From Thalia democratica (Eukaryota): a stretch of 64,000 bases of DNA. Location: contig OZ241826.1 in assembly GCA_965202585.1 (NCBI GenBank), positions 79,918,001-79,982,000 on the forward strand, written 5' to 3'. Positions 24,308 through 36,990 of this stretch are shown piece by piece (within the stretch, counting starts at the first letter, position 1; each line of letters opens with the position of its first letter). The notes beneath the pieces were generated by a model that made no database searches, was not told where the DNA came from, and worked only from the letters and a program-made list of their open reading frames with translations. Both the position numbers and the translations under genes were made by a program.

Positions 24308-27199
24308 ATTTTAAATATTTTTGTTTAAACTAAAAGTGTTATTTTGTTATTTGATACCTGTAGGTGATAAGTAATTGTTTGTAATTTAAAAAAGTATTCT
24401 TCGCAAGGTAAACTTTATTTCTTAAACATAAATTTTATAGTTTGCAAAAAAAAGCAATCTGCTTAAAATTATTTTTTTTTACAGTCTTTATTATGATTCT
24501 CAGTTTTATGTTGTTTCTATCAGGAACAAAAGTAGTAATGACTAACTTAAAAATAAGTATAATTTACCAATAAATTAAATTAATATAAAGTAGCTGTCGT
24601 TTTGAATGAGCCATAGTAACCAAGTAATTCATAAAAAACAGTAAATTGTAAAATTTTTACTAAAAATTGCTTTAAAACTATGTGAGAAAGATTTTGAAGA
24701 AGTTTTACATTTATAACAAAATATATTTCTTTTCAATGCATTATTCTTAACACCTCGAACCTAAACACTACCTAAACAACAACTTATTTAAAAATTTCAA
24801 ATTATAAAGACCATTCTTACGCTTATGAATTGATTAAAAAAGAATTAATAAAAAATTATACTTTAATAATCGGTTTTACAGTTACTTACTTATAAAAAAA
24901 CAAGGCACTGTAAATGTGCAAATAAAGTTAAGTAAGCTTAAGGTATCTCAGATACTTTTAAAAATAATATCTAACCGCATCCAACCTCTTTTAAAAGAAG
25001 ATATTTTTTTTGAAAAATTATAGCCCTTTAGACTTGAGACAAACGCGCTCCTCTCATCATTTCGTTACCACAGCAACCGGTTTCGACCGTGGCGTTGACC
25101 GGGGAGGAGGCACCGTGGAAGACAGATTGCGATCAGCTCCGTTGCCTGGCAACTGGTTGAGGTGAAGCGACAACTAGTTAAATTTCTGTTGCGGTTACAA
25201 ACCTTGGACCTTGGCGAAACAGGCGAAATCGTGTTAGCAGAAGCGCGCTGTGTAAACACCGAAATCTAAGCGGCGCGTTGTGCGAAAAACGGCAGCTTTT
25301 TTTATTGTTTGTGTGTTTGCAATAAAACACGCAACCGAAAACACACCGAGCAAAAATCGTGACCCTTTGTGCTTTTAAAGCTTTTTCTTTTCTAAATACA
25401 AAAACAGCGACGGCTACTAACGAGCTCAAAATTAGCGAGAGAAGAAATCAACAGCGCGTTGTGTGTGGTAGCTGTCTGCTAAAGCGATTTGAAAATTGCG
25501 TATTATGAGGTTAGCGGATAAAGAAGCGAGGTGAAACTAGCGATGTCGGCGACAGATTTGCTTTTTGTTCGGAAACTAAAGTGAAGGCGACAGTTTTCGG
25601 CATACCACTTGTCTGTCTCGATTTTTTGGTTCGCCTTCCCAAGTAATTTCGACACGCTGATTGTTTTTTAAATGATTTCTGATGGAATACTGCGTGTAAA
25701 AAGTGAAAGAAATGCTTGCCACCAGATAATAAGAACTTAAAAACTTTATTGTTTGTTAAAAAAATAGTAGTTTTTATAAGTAGACTATTCAATAATGTAT
25801 TAGTTAGAATTAAAACAACTAAAAATTAAGCAAACATAGGAATTTCCTTGCTATATGAGCATTTTAAAAAACTTTTACAAAGCGCAAGGAAAAAATAAGT
25901 TATCAAAGAAATCAGTATGGCTTCTGCTAGCATGCAAGTGGCCATCAGAGACTATGACTTTATGTAAGCCAACTTCCAAATGCAAAATAAAATAACAAAG
26001 CTTCTATGCTGCCAGAAAAACGAGACTTCTAAAAGGTTGATAACTCGGCGCCTCTTATTAGCGGCATGTGAGGAGCTGTCTTCACTTGGAAGCCATAAAA
26101 TGAAAGCTCGAGTTCAATTGATTCTTCCTCCATCATTCACATACGACTTGCCCTCACCTAATTTCGCTGCTTCTTATCTTGCTGAGATTATCCCTTTTCG
26201 CTTTTCGTTCACTCGCAAGCTGTTGTCACTCGTTAAACTAGGGAAAAGGCAGCTAACTGCTGAGATAACTTCGCTTTGTGCGACAACGCTTTAAAAGGGG
26301 GCGGTTTTTAAGGGTCTCTAAATCTCGCTGGTGTTCTGGATGAATTGTGTAGCTTCGTTGAGACTTTTGAAGAGCCCGCAGTTCAACAACCCTTTGAATA
26401 TTTTTACGGCGTCGTTATAAAAAAGACAATTTTTTTCTTTCTTGATTTTTACGCATACTTTTATTTACTCAGTCTACTTATTCGATGCATAATTAATTTA
26501 CAATCTTCGTTTGTCTACCAATGAACATTGCTACAAAGTTATAGAATATTATAAAGTTGTTAGTTTAGGCTTTTAAGTAAAGGTATTATAAACATTCAGT
26601 TTATTAAACAGTTAGAATTAGTTCAAAAAATGTATATAAATAAAGATATCAATTAATTTTGTTGTTAATAAAATTAGACTTTTTAAAATTATCAAAAAAC
26701 TGTTTGCTACACAATGTCTAACTGTTTACTGTTTTAGTATTATTTTATTTTAACAATTAGAACAATTATTTTGTAATCACTTATTTTATAGATAAGAGGA
26801 GCTAGTATTTATATTTCGGATACATCGATTATTAATAGTTTACTGTATAGTTTTTAATCTAACAGTAAAGTTAGAATAAAAAATTATTGTTTGAATCTAT
26901 AAAAAAATTTCCAAATCAAATTAGTTGTTTAGTTTTCATTTAATTGATGTTGAAAAATAGTTAAAAAATTTTAAGTCTCGTTTTTTAAATTAGTTACAAA
27001 AACTGCAAAAAAAAATATCAAAAAATTTTAAGTATACATCTTAAGTTGTTGTTCATACTATTTATAAAACAAAAAGTATAGTTGATCGAATTAACTTAAC
27101 AAATCTAAACCTAAAGTTTCAAACAACGGAAAACATATAATAAAAATAACAAAACAATGTGTTTCAAATAAAAACTTTTCAAACCAGCAAACTGCTCAA

Positions 27200-27675
27200 A
27201 TAACCGCCTACGACGGCAGAATCTAAACTTTCAAAACTTCGACAAGCTTCCAAAGCTGCCGTCTCGCTTTGCTTCTGCTTACATTAAAAGCTTCTGCTCG
27301 TCGACTGCCGTCGAATGCACTTCTTTCCGCCGCTCGGTTCTCTCCGCTGCGTCGCCGCTCAGCAAACTTTTAATCGCCGCCGCTGTTGCTCGGAAGTGAA
27401 AAGAGAGAGAGAGAGGATACGAAGCATCAGATCACACACGACCCTCAAACGAAGCCGCCACCCCTCAAAATTTCGCCCCTGCGAAAATTTTCGCCCACTT
27501 TTGCGCCCGTGCGACCGAAAAGCTATTGCCGAGCTACGAGGGGTCGTAATTGTGATGCAATAACCTTGCTGTGCGCTGTGCGAGGAAAAAACTTCGGTTA
27601 GTGTGGGGAGAATGTGAGCTTTTATTGGCTTCGTTGTTGTGCTTTCGGCCGGCGTCGCTTGTTTTCGGTAAGTGC
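27200..27675 (+). promoter_or_regulatory. CpG-rich promoter-like island with E2F-like sites and a GTAAGT donor
   Basis: GC/CpG far above background; tttcgccc x2 and tttgcgccc at 27471-27508; donor tcg|GTAAGT at 27668. Confidence 0.45.
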
Positions 27676-30230
27676 TTTTTCTCAGTAAATGGCTGTTTTT
27701 CGGAAAGCAAAACGTCTACTGTAAAATGTACATACATAGTAATACAAAATATACATAGTTTATTGATACAATGCATCTAAGTTTTTTTTTTTCTTTTTTG
27801 TTTTTTTTTTGTCTAAATGGGCTTGTTAAAGTTATACATAGTAATACAAAATCATCGAAAAAAAAAACAGATCAAATCGTAAACGAACAAAAAACAGCGT
27901 TGCGAAATATTCACTGCTCTCACCGTTCAGCCATCTGCTTGTTACGTCATAAATGCTCACCGAGCTCTATTTTTTTTTCGGTGGAAAATAGCATCCAATC
28001 ACGAGCTCGTGGAAAAATATCATAAATCAAACTAAAGTTTCACTGGGATTATGAATTTAGAGAAGGAAATGTTTCCCATGGAGGAGATAAACCGCTAACC
28101 TACAATGCATTCAGTTACATGCTGATGTGCTGATTGTTATTAGCGCTTCAAAGTTCGTTGGATATAATTTCGCAAAGTTCGGTGATAATTAAATCGCGAG
28201 GTCGTTCGGTTTCGCTTTCAGTCAATAAATCGAACTGAAATTCGCTTGTAATAGAGAGAGTAGCGGTGTAAGAAAGCCACTAGGAAAATCGAGTTACGAT
28301 TCCCTCACGGCCGTTCTGGTTAGTAAATGTTTTAAAGCGCGCTGCAGTGCTAACATATTTCAGTTGTGATATTTTATTAGCTGCTTGAAGCAGCTTTATT
28401 TTGTTTAAATGATTTTACTTCTTATATGAATTTTGTATCTCGCAACTGACTCCTTTATCAGCAGACTGAAATTTTTGCAAGTGTTTTGATTAGTAACTTA
28501 TAAGTTGTGTTGTAGAGGTTTTTTTATAAGCTTTTTTCAAAATTAAAATAATGTTACTGTGCTAAATTGATAATTAAAAGGGCATTTTTATCAGGTTTAT
28601 CTTACAGTAGCTGTTTAAGATTTCCAAGAAAATATATACTTGCAATAATGTGGAAAACTTTAGTTTTAGTATAAATAGTACAAGTTTTAGTATTTGAGCC
28701 TTTCAAAGTGATGTTGTTTTATAATTATTGTTTAGTAATAACTTTATATAAAAAAATTAACATTTTGTAAAAAAATATGAAAAATGATTTTTTGCATAGC
28801 TATAAAAAGTAGTATTTATTTGAAAAATATTTTAGCAAAGTAAACACTTTTTGTAATGTTTTATAGTTATCGAGTTAAACAAAAAATAGTTTTTATAAAT
28901 TGAGTTTTGTTTGCTATATTACAGTGCATTTTGAATATAAATCTTTTTAAAGCAAAAGTTTTTGACCGCTTGAATTCAGTTTTACAGTTAGCAATTAACT
29001 AATGCACATCTCTTTATTTTTAACCGTAGAGGGCAGTGATAGTTAATTTCACTAAAAAAATTGTAAAACTTCTTTATTCCCAATACAAAACATTTTGCTT
29101 AAAACTAGCGTATAATTTATAATTTTCACTAAAACTACTACAATTATTGATAAATAGTATTTACACTAGTTGAACCGTTGAGATTTGACAAAAAGTGTCT
29201 TTAAATAATATAAATACAACATAAACATATCTAAGACAAAAAAATATTCGAAAGCTGTATATCAAGTACATTTATTCATTGAAAAAAACATTCAGACGAA
29301 CTATGTAAACTTTCATTTTACTAAGACTTCACTCGTAGTAATATAATTTTAAATATACAATTATAAATACGCTTATAGTTTGTAACTATTTTGTTTACAT
29401 TATTTTTAGTAATCTAATATATTTCAATGTTATTTTTATTGAAAGTTATCTACTCAATTTTCAAACAAAAACAAGAATTCTTGATAAAGTTCCTGAATCA
29501 CAATACACATTTTTTTTTTGTAATAAGTAAGGTTATACAAGCATACAATAAAAAAATTGATTAATTTACACTGATTTTGTAACTGTAGTTTCTACACTAG
29601 TAAACGGCAGAATGGATACCACAAAACTATTATTTCATATTTTACTTACCAAATTCCAAATGCATCATTGATGTTATGTTGAAACTCTCTACATTTGAAA
29701 TATAATAAACTAAAATTTTTTTTTTGTAAGTTTTAACAAGACAAACTGCACAAAACTAAAGTTTTTATCAATCTAGTTTGGTAAAAAAGATATTTTGCTG
29801 TCAAAACACAAAGCGAATAAGTTATTTATGATAATTTTTAAAGCACAATATGCCATTAAAAAGCATCAGTCATTTTAAATTAATTTAAAAGAAACTCAGC
29901 TAGACTATTATTTTTTTAAATTTTTCAAATAAATTTAAAAATATTATCTTAAAAATTTAGTACGCATTACTTATAAATTTCTTAGAAAATAATATTTAAT
30001 TGAATTGTATAGCTAAGCTTGCAATAAAAATCTTTAACTATAAAATTTGTTTTCATTAATTATTTTGCAAAAATACCTGATAAAATTTGATTAAAAAGAA
30101 AATTTTACAAAAGACTTACGTATCTAATATATTAGTTAAAAAAATTTTTGTTTTAAAGTTCAGTACAACCGTTTTTAATTAGCTTAGTATTAACTCCATA
30201 CGTAAGCAACTCTTACATTTTGATTTAAAT

Positions 30231-31850
30231 TAGTGATGTACCAGACCCACAATTTCGGGTCCGGCCGAACCCGGATCCGGACTTTTTTTCAAATTAGAAT
30301 CCGGCCGGAACCGGATCCGGACTTTTTTTTCAAATTAGAATCCAGCCGGATCCGGATATCAGACAAAAATGGCAATATCCGGCCGGACCCGGATCCGGAT
30401 AGTGAGTCTGGTACATCACTAGTATAAACTTGCATGAATGAGAATGAGGATTTTGAAAAATGAAAAAACAAACTTTAATCTAATAATAAGTAGAACAGCT
30501 TGCCACAGGGTTTAAAAATTTAGGTGTTATTTACAATTAAAAATCTGAAATCAAGTTCTTAAACAAAATATTGAAAACTGGATCTGCTCAAACTCATTTA
30601 AAATCTAAAAGAAAACTAGCCTGAGTTTTTATAAAAAACTAAACTAGCCTGAGGCAAGAATTTCTAAAATTCCCAAAATTTTTCAAACTAGCAGGGTTGC
30701 CACTGTTTAAGTCAATAAAACTAGCTAGAGTGAGTATAAACAAGCCTGAGTCAGATTGAGGTTTTTAAAAACTGAAAAAATTACTTTAATCTAATAATCA
30801 GTAGAACAGCTAGCAAAGGTTGACAATTTGGTAGTAAAGTTGTGGACTGATTGTGGTACACTTAAGTTATTAGTACTACCCATCATAATTAAATCCTACC
30901 TTATTTAATTAATATCTAACAAATACTAAATTCTAACTGAGACTACTTTCTATAATCAGACACGACAGTTTTGAGTGATGAATCTTTTATATAAAACACA
31001 ACAAGAAATACTAGCATATACAAAATTATTAATTACTTTGGCAACACTTTAAAAACTGAAAGCTATTTAAATCTATATCAAAAGACTTAAAACAATAAAC
31101 TAAAAATTAAATAAAACTTTTAGTAAACAAGAAACTGTAAAATTTTCAATAAACTATTAAGCTATAAACCTGGCTTAAATATTTAAACAATTAAAAACCA
31201 GTTGAAATATTAACTTTTAAAACAAAACACTACTTACAATAAGCATTCACATAAAAGTTCAAGATATTTTGTTGCTTCAAGCTACACACCAAACTAACTA
31301 ACTGCTTACATATAAACTGCCTGTCATGTTCTTATGTTTTGTTGCATCAGTATTTAGTTTAAAACATTTCGTCATATGATTCTTATTGGCTCGTACATTT
31401 AACCGTATTGACTCTAAATATTGCCTGAGCTCAACTTTAAACAATAAATAATGCAAGTATTAATTTCAAAGTTTTCAATTTTACAACATATGTAAAGAGT
31501 TTTATTCTGAAATGTTTATTTCATAGTTTAAATGTAAACGAATGTAAATTAGTCACGTGTACAAAATGAGCCAATCACGGTAGGTGTTTAATTTTAACTG
31601 ACGAAAATGACTCTTATTAGTTTACACAGGGGTTGTTTTTGAAAAAATACGTTTCAGTTTGCTCTTTTTTTTCTAACTAGATCCGGGTCCGGCCGGAACC
31701 GGATCCGGACTTTTTTTTCAAATTAAAATCCGGCCGGAACCGGATCCGGACTTTTTTTTCAAATTAGAATCCGGCCGGATCAGGATATCAGACAAAAATG
31801 GCAATATCCGGCCGGACCCGGACCCGGATAGTGAGTCCGGTACATCACTA
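30231..31850. mobile_element. non-autonomous hAT-type element / composite MITE
   Basis: TIR tagtgatgtacc...ggtacatcacta; internal CCGGATCCGG-rich subterminal repeats; full MITE 30231-30421 plus 5'-truncated copy ~31684-31850; 8-bp flanks atttaaat (30223-30230) / atctaaat (31851-31858). Confidence 0.85.
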
Positions 31851-34729
31851 ATCTAAATGCACATTAACTATTTTATTAAAAGAAAATCACTATATACTTA
31901 ATAAAGCATTCATTAATTCGTTATAAAGTATTAATATTATTTAGAAAAATAACATAAAAATATTTCCTAATACTTTTATGTTATTTATTCCAATTATTAC
32001 TATGTTAGAATGATTTAAACTAAATAACTAAATTTTTGGATCTAATAAATTTTACTCGATATGTTTTTAATTTGTGCGTAAGAATAATATATATGTATAA
32101 ACTCAAACGATATTTGATTAGTTACAAAAGTTTTCTTTATATCACAAGTTTTAATATAACTATCGTAACTTAAGTTTTATTAAGTGGACTTTTACAACTT
32201 ACTGAGAACATCATTAAAATCATATCACACACATTACAAAACTTATAATAAACTTGTTTTACAACATTGTATAGTAACTTATAGTTAGTGTTAATCAATC
32301 ATTGCTGAATAAACGTAGGGGTAATAAATAGTTTACATGTTTTATTTGTTAAATTGACATATAGTATTATCATTTTCTTTAGTCACTTTTTTTTTCGTAT
32401 TTTTCAAAGTATTTAAACTTAATATTATAATGACTAACAATGGTGAATTTTAAGATTAAAAAACCTCATACTCTAATAGTTTAATTAATAATTTAGTAGT
32501 TTTATTTTTGTAGTCTAAGTCTTAATTTTAGTAAATAGGAAAAAAGGTCAAAATAAATGCCTTGATTTTCTGTAAATAGTTTGTTTATAAGTCGTTCTAA
32601 ATACTAGTTTAAAAACCTGTTAACATCATATAATTATATACATACAGCATGTTAAAAAAATAAATAATAATAACTTGAAATTTATAATTGTTGTGTTAAG
32701 TTTAAGTACTTAGTTTATATTACTGAAATTAATAACAAAATCAAAGTTAAACAAAATAACTTCTACAGTAAACTATAAATATTTTTACTTATTTATATTT
32801 TAACAGTTACCCAACTTTTTGTTCTTCGATTAATTTGAGTTGTCTATTTTTCGTTTAACTATTAAACAATTAAAAATTTTACGTATGTTTTTTTTAAAAA
32901 TAAGCTTTTAAAAATTACTTAATTTTTCAAACGATTTTTTTCTTTTAATGTGTCCTGCAAAGAATTTTTATTTCAGTAAATCTTGCCATTATCTTAAAAT
33001 GCCGACCTCTGATTTATACCAAAGTTTATATTGACAAATCGGTTTTTCAAGTTTTTTCATAAACAATTTTGGTTCACATTTGTTATAAACTACCTACTAA
33101 ACGCAAATTTTTATTAATTTAGTTTAAAGATTGCGTTTTAGCTTTCATAGGTATAATTTAATTACTATAAATAACAGTCATTATTTTTATAACCAAAAAA
33201 AAAATGTTTATCAGAAACACACACTTATCCAGCAGATGCTTATCAAGTCCAGCAAGAAGACAACGCCGTTAGTAAAATAGCAATAAGGCAAAAAAAAAAA
33301 CAAGAACGCTTTTGTTGTCATCATTTTTGTGCCAACATATCTCAGCTCTTTCAATTCTTATTGACTCCTAAATGTCCTATTATTACACATGACAGCCACT
33401 TTACAAATAAAAAGCAGCAAATTTTAACGAAACACGAGTTGAAGTTCTTTTCTCTCGTCGGCAGAAGCCTCACATGACATTGAAGGAGAGAGGCGATAGA
33501 AGAAGCGGCTTCTCACGACGGTGACAGAACTTTATGACGTCACAAACAAAAAAGTTACTTTATTCTTTTTTTTCGAAACTCGTCCTTATTGGTTTTTTGC
33601 TCCGCTCGATACAAGATTGTTTTCGAGATTTCGCCGTCAAGTTGTTGGCTTCAATTGCATTTCGTTGAGTACCATTTGTTGCATAATATAGTTGATTTTA
33701 TCATATAGCTATTCTGAGTACTTTGATCGTAAATTTAAGTCCATTTTGTAAAACATAAATCCTGTAAACTGAAGTTATTTTGCATAATAGTTTCTAAATC
33801 AATCAATAATCGAAAAATTTAAACTACTTGTAAACTGAAATTATAATTTTTGTTATTCCGTGTAAAATTACCATAGTAAGTAATTTCAACTAAGAACGAG
33901 CTTTGTCTAATGAAAAAGATTTTATACAAACTGTTCAAACTACAATGTAAGGCAAGAGTTAAGTTGCAATTAACAAAAATTGTTTTAAGACTCTTTAGGC
34001 TATGAAGTCATGTTTTACCACCTAGAAAACATTCGTTTACTGAAAACGGTTATTGTTTTTCAGTTTTATAAATAACTATTATTAAAAACAACTTTATTTC
34101 AAAATAGATATCCTAAATTACGGGAAACTAAAAGATAAAACACAAAAATCAATATAAGTTATAAAAAATTTTACATATAGATAAACTTTGTTATAATAAA
34201 ATTATACGGAGTTTACCTAATATTAGCAAATTTTATCTAAAAAAGAATATTCTAACGTTTTGTAAAACTCAAAAGTTGAATTAAACCGTAGTCGTTCTAA
34301 AAGTGTAAATAAAACACAGATATTAAAAGTATGAAAAATAAATCAAAATTTTAAAGACCTAAGAGAAGTTTATCAGCTTAAGTTTCTTAGCGTAAATTAG
34401 TAAAGTTATAAAACTATGAAAAAATTAATTTCTTAAACTGATAAAAAAACTTAACTTCTAAAATTTTGATATAAAAAAGTTTTTAAAACGAATCTTTGAG
34501 TTTTGTTTTTAATTTATCTTTTAAAAAAAGCAATATATTATCTTTATATAAGATTTTCCTAACAATGAAAAGAGCAACAAATTACGTTGAACTTTGAATA
34601 TGTGATTATGGGTGCACGAAAAACTTAGTTTTAAACTTTCTTTAATTTTCCTTCTTACTTAGCTTCTTATAGTAGTTAATTATAATTTGAAATTAGCAAC
34701 GGTTTTTTTTTTTGTGGTAAAATGGCTCA

Positions 34730-36990
34730 TCATTTTTGTGGTCTTCATAAGAAGCTCTTAATGCTACTTTACAAACTAAGTATCTAAGCAAAAAAGTACA
34801 TTTAATCAAAAAAAAAAGATCGACTAAGCATAATGTCAAAATACGTATAGTTGAACTGTAATAAAAAATTATTTATATTTAATTAGTAAAGTACAAACAA
34901 CTCTCAAAATTTTCCTAAAAAAATTAAAAGATCGAAATTTAATAAATAATTCAGTTTAAGCAGAAGTTTTTTTTTTCAATAAATAGTTTAAGTTAACAGT
35001 TGTATAAATACGATTTTAAAATAAAATTTTTCTTAATCAATCGTTACAATGTATTTTCAAACAAAATTATTACCTGCTTGTTCCGGCAACCCACTGAAAC
35101 ACTTCAATCTTTTATAATCTACGGAAGTGCTGATTAACAGCATTGTTGCTAAGCAAATATGCCACCTTGGTTGCTACGTGAAATGCGATCCGCGCTTATC
35201 AGCTTAATTTGATTACAGATTTGCTCGTCCATTGCCTAGCAACCGTTGCCAGCGAACAAGTTGTTTGAATAGAAACAGATTTGTCAGTTTAGCTTGTATG
35301 CTGTGTAATTCCGCTTGTTACCAGACTTTTATCTTGTTTATTAGTAACAACGTAGACATACTTAGTAGATCCTCCCTGTTTTAAACACAACTTGTTTTAT
35401 GTCTTATTTTGATGTTTTAGTAGGTATAATTATAAATAAGCAGTTGGGTATCTTTAAACTTAAGTAACCTAGTCTGATTTATTTTTCTATCTTGCTTATT
35501 GTTGTGTAACCAAAACTCTACTGTTTAGATTTCACAAAAGTTATTTAAGTTTAAAAGTTAAAATAAAATGACGTCTTTAAGTACATAAACGAAACCCCAA
35601 ATCCAAACTTATCGGGCACGAAATAAATTAAATGTTTTAAAATTTGTACGTTTTTTTATATTAGTCAATAATTGCAATGAAAACTAGTAAAAACTTTCAA
35701 AATTTATTTTGAAAATTTAAAAAATACAATAAATCAAGTATTAAAGAACTTTATTTTTGGAGAAATATATTTTTTATAATTTTAAATTAAAAATATAATT
35801 TAAAAAATTTAACTTTTGAAACTTTTTTGTAACAACTCAATCATAATCAACTGGTTTCCACGCAACGAAGATTAACTTCCTGTGTGACGTCATAAAAGTA
35901 ACATAATTTGAATCGAAATGTACTTCGGTGGCCACCCATTATTAGTATAAGCAACTAAGCGAAGATCAATACTCGTAACAACGAAAATAGGTTTTCTAAC
36001 GAGTGAAAGGTTTTTAAAAAGTTAACTTTCTACTAAACTCTATTTTTTTTTTGTTTTATGAGCTGTTTTGTTAAATTTTAAAGTTTATTAAAGTATGTAA
36101 AATAATATTACAGTAACAAGTTTTTTTTTTACAGCAGTGTCATAAAAGTAATGGAACTAGGAAAAAAGATTTAGTTAATTGTGTTTTTACTTATATAACT
36201 TGAAATTTTTGCACTAAAGAGTCCGAACCTGTCACTTCCTAATGCTTAAAACCCTTCAAAATTGCCACCCTGATTGACAAAACAGGCAATAATGACTTTC
36301 GTTGCCAGTACAATGCGTCAACGTGTTTACGGTGCAAACTTGCTTTTCATCAGATTAAAACATCGAACGAATTACGCTCTCGCCTCTTTTGAGTTGCTTC
36401 TAAAAGATTTATGTGAATTTGAGAAGCAACGGTTTGTAAAATAAAACTAAGTCCTCTCGACTCGACCTCAAAGATCTAAAAACTACTAAAAAACTTTAAA
36501 ATTGTCGATACTCGCATTTCAACACTTTCTCTGTAAGCAAAGCTCAGCTGTTAAGTTATTATTTTCTAGAAAATGACTAAGTTAGAAGTATGTGAAAGCA
36601 ATAAAATATCACGACTGAGTTGTTGTGAATACAAACGACGAATATAAACGACACGATATGCAATGTTTAAGTTTGCAAACAATTTTAATGTTCGCCACAC
36701 GCGTTTTACATTTGAAAACACTCCATTTCGCTCGAACAAGCAGAAGAACCAAAAAAAACTGTCGAAGATGCTTACTGAAGCTTGTTTTTATTTCACAAAA
36801 GATAAGCTTTTGTACGGCTGCTTTCCACTGACAATATCCGTCGTAAGAATTCTTTGAAAATCAATTTATTGATTGACGAGAGCTTTCTCGTTTTGTCCAA
36901 GTTTCCTTTTAAATCTTCGGCCTGTCGTTTACTATCACAGCTTTTTTTTTTCGAAGCTTATGCGAAGTTGAACGAATGGCTTGCGAGCGT
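34730..36990 (+). pseudogene. partial (non-coding-module-only) copy of the locus
   Basis: In gene order: B3-like cataagaagctctta (34747), X-box module C (35070-35320), exon-3 remnant, module E/F (36250-36450), intron-3 module I (36620-36900); no SAND exons follow. Confidence 0.7.
35833..35895 (+). pseudogene. decayed homologue of exon 3 in partial unit 34730-36990
   Basis: QLNHNQLVSTQRRLTSCVTS* (GTG ACG TCA TAA). Confidence 0.65.

Noticed and set aside
25980-26294. 104-aa ORF over module B, with a similar peptide at ~63666
   Set aside because: The 39028-39120 copy frameshifts and the 63666 copy stops early; it is antisense to the gene and conserved at the DNA level, not as codons
27315-28025. 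Cluster of overlapping 70-84-aa ORFs
   Set aside because: No domain resemblance, all frames similarly open because of high GC; better explained as a promoter island
30233-30471. ORFs rich in PDP/SGSG
   Set aside because: Translation of CCGGATCCGG MITE repeats
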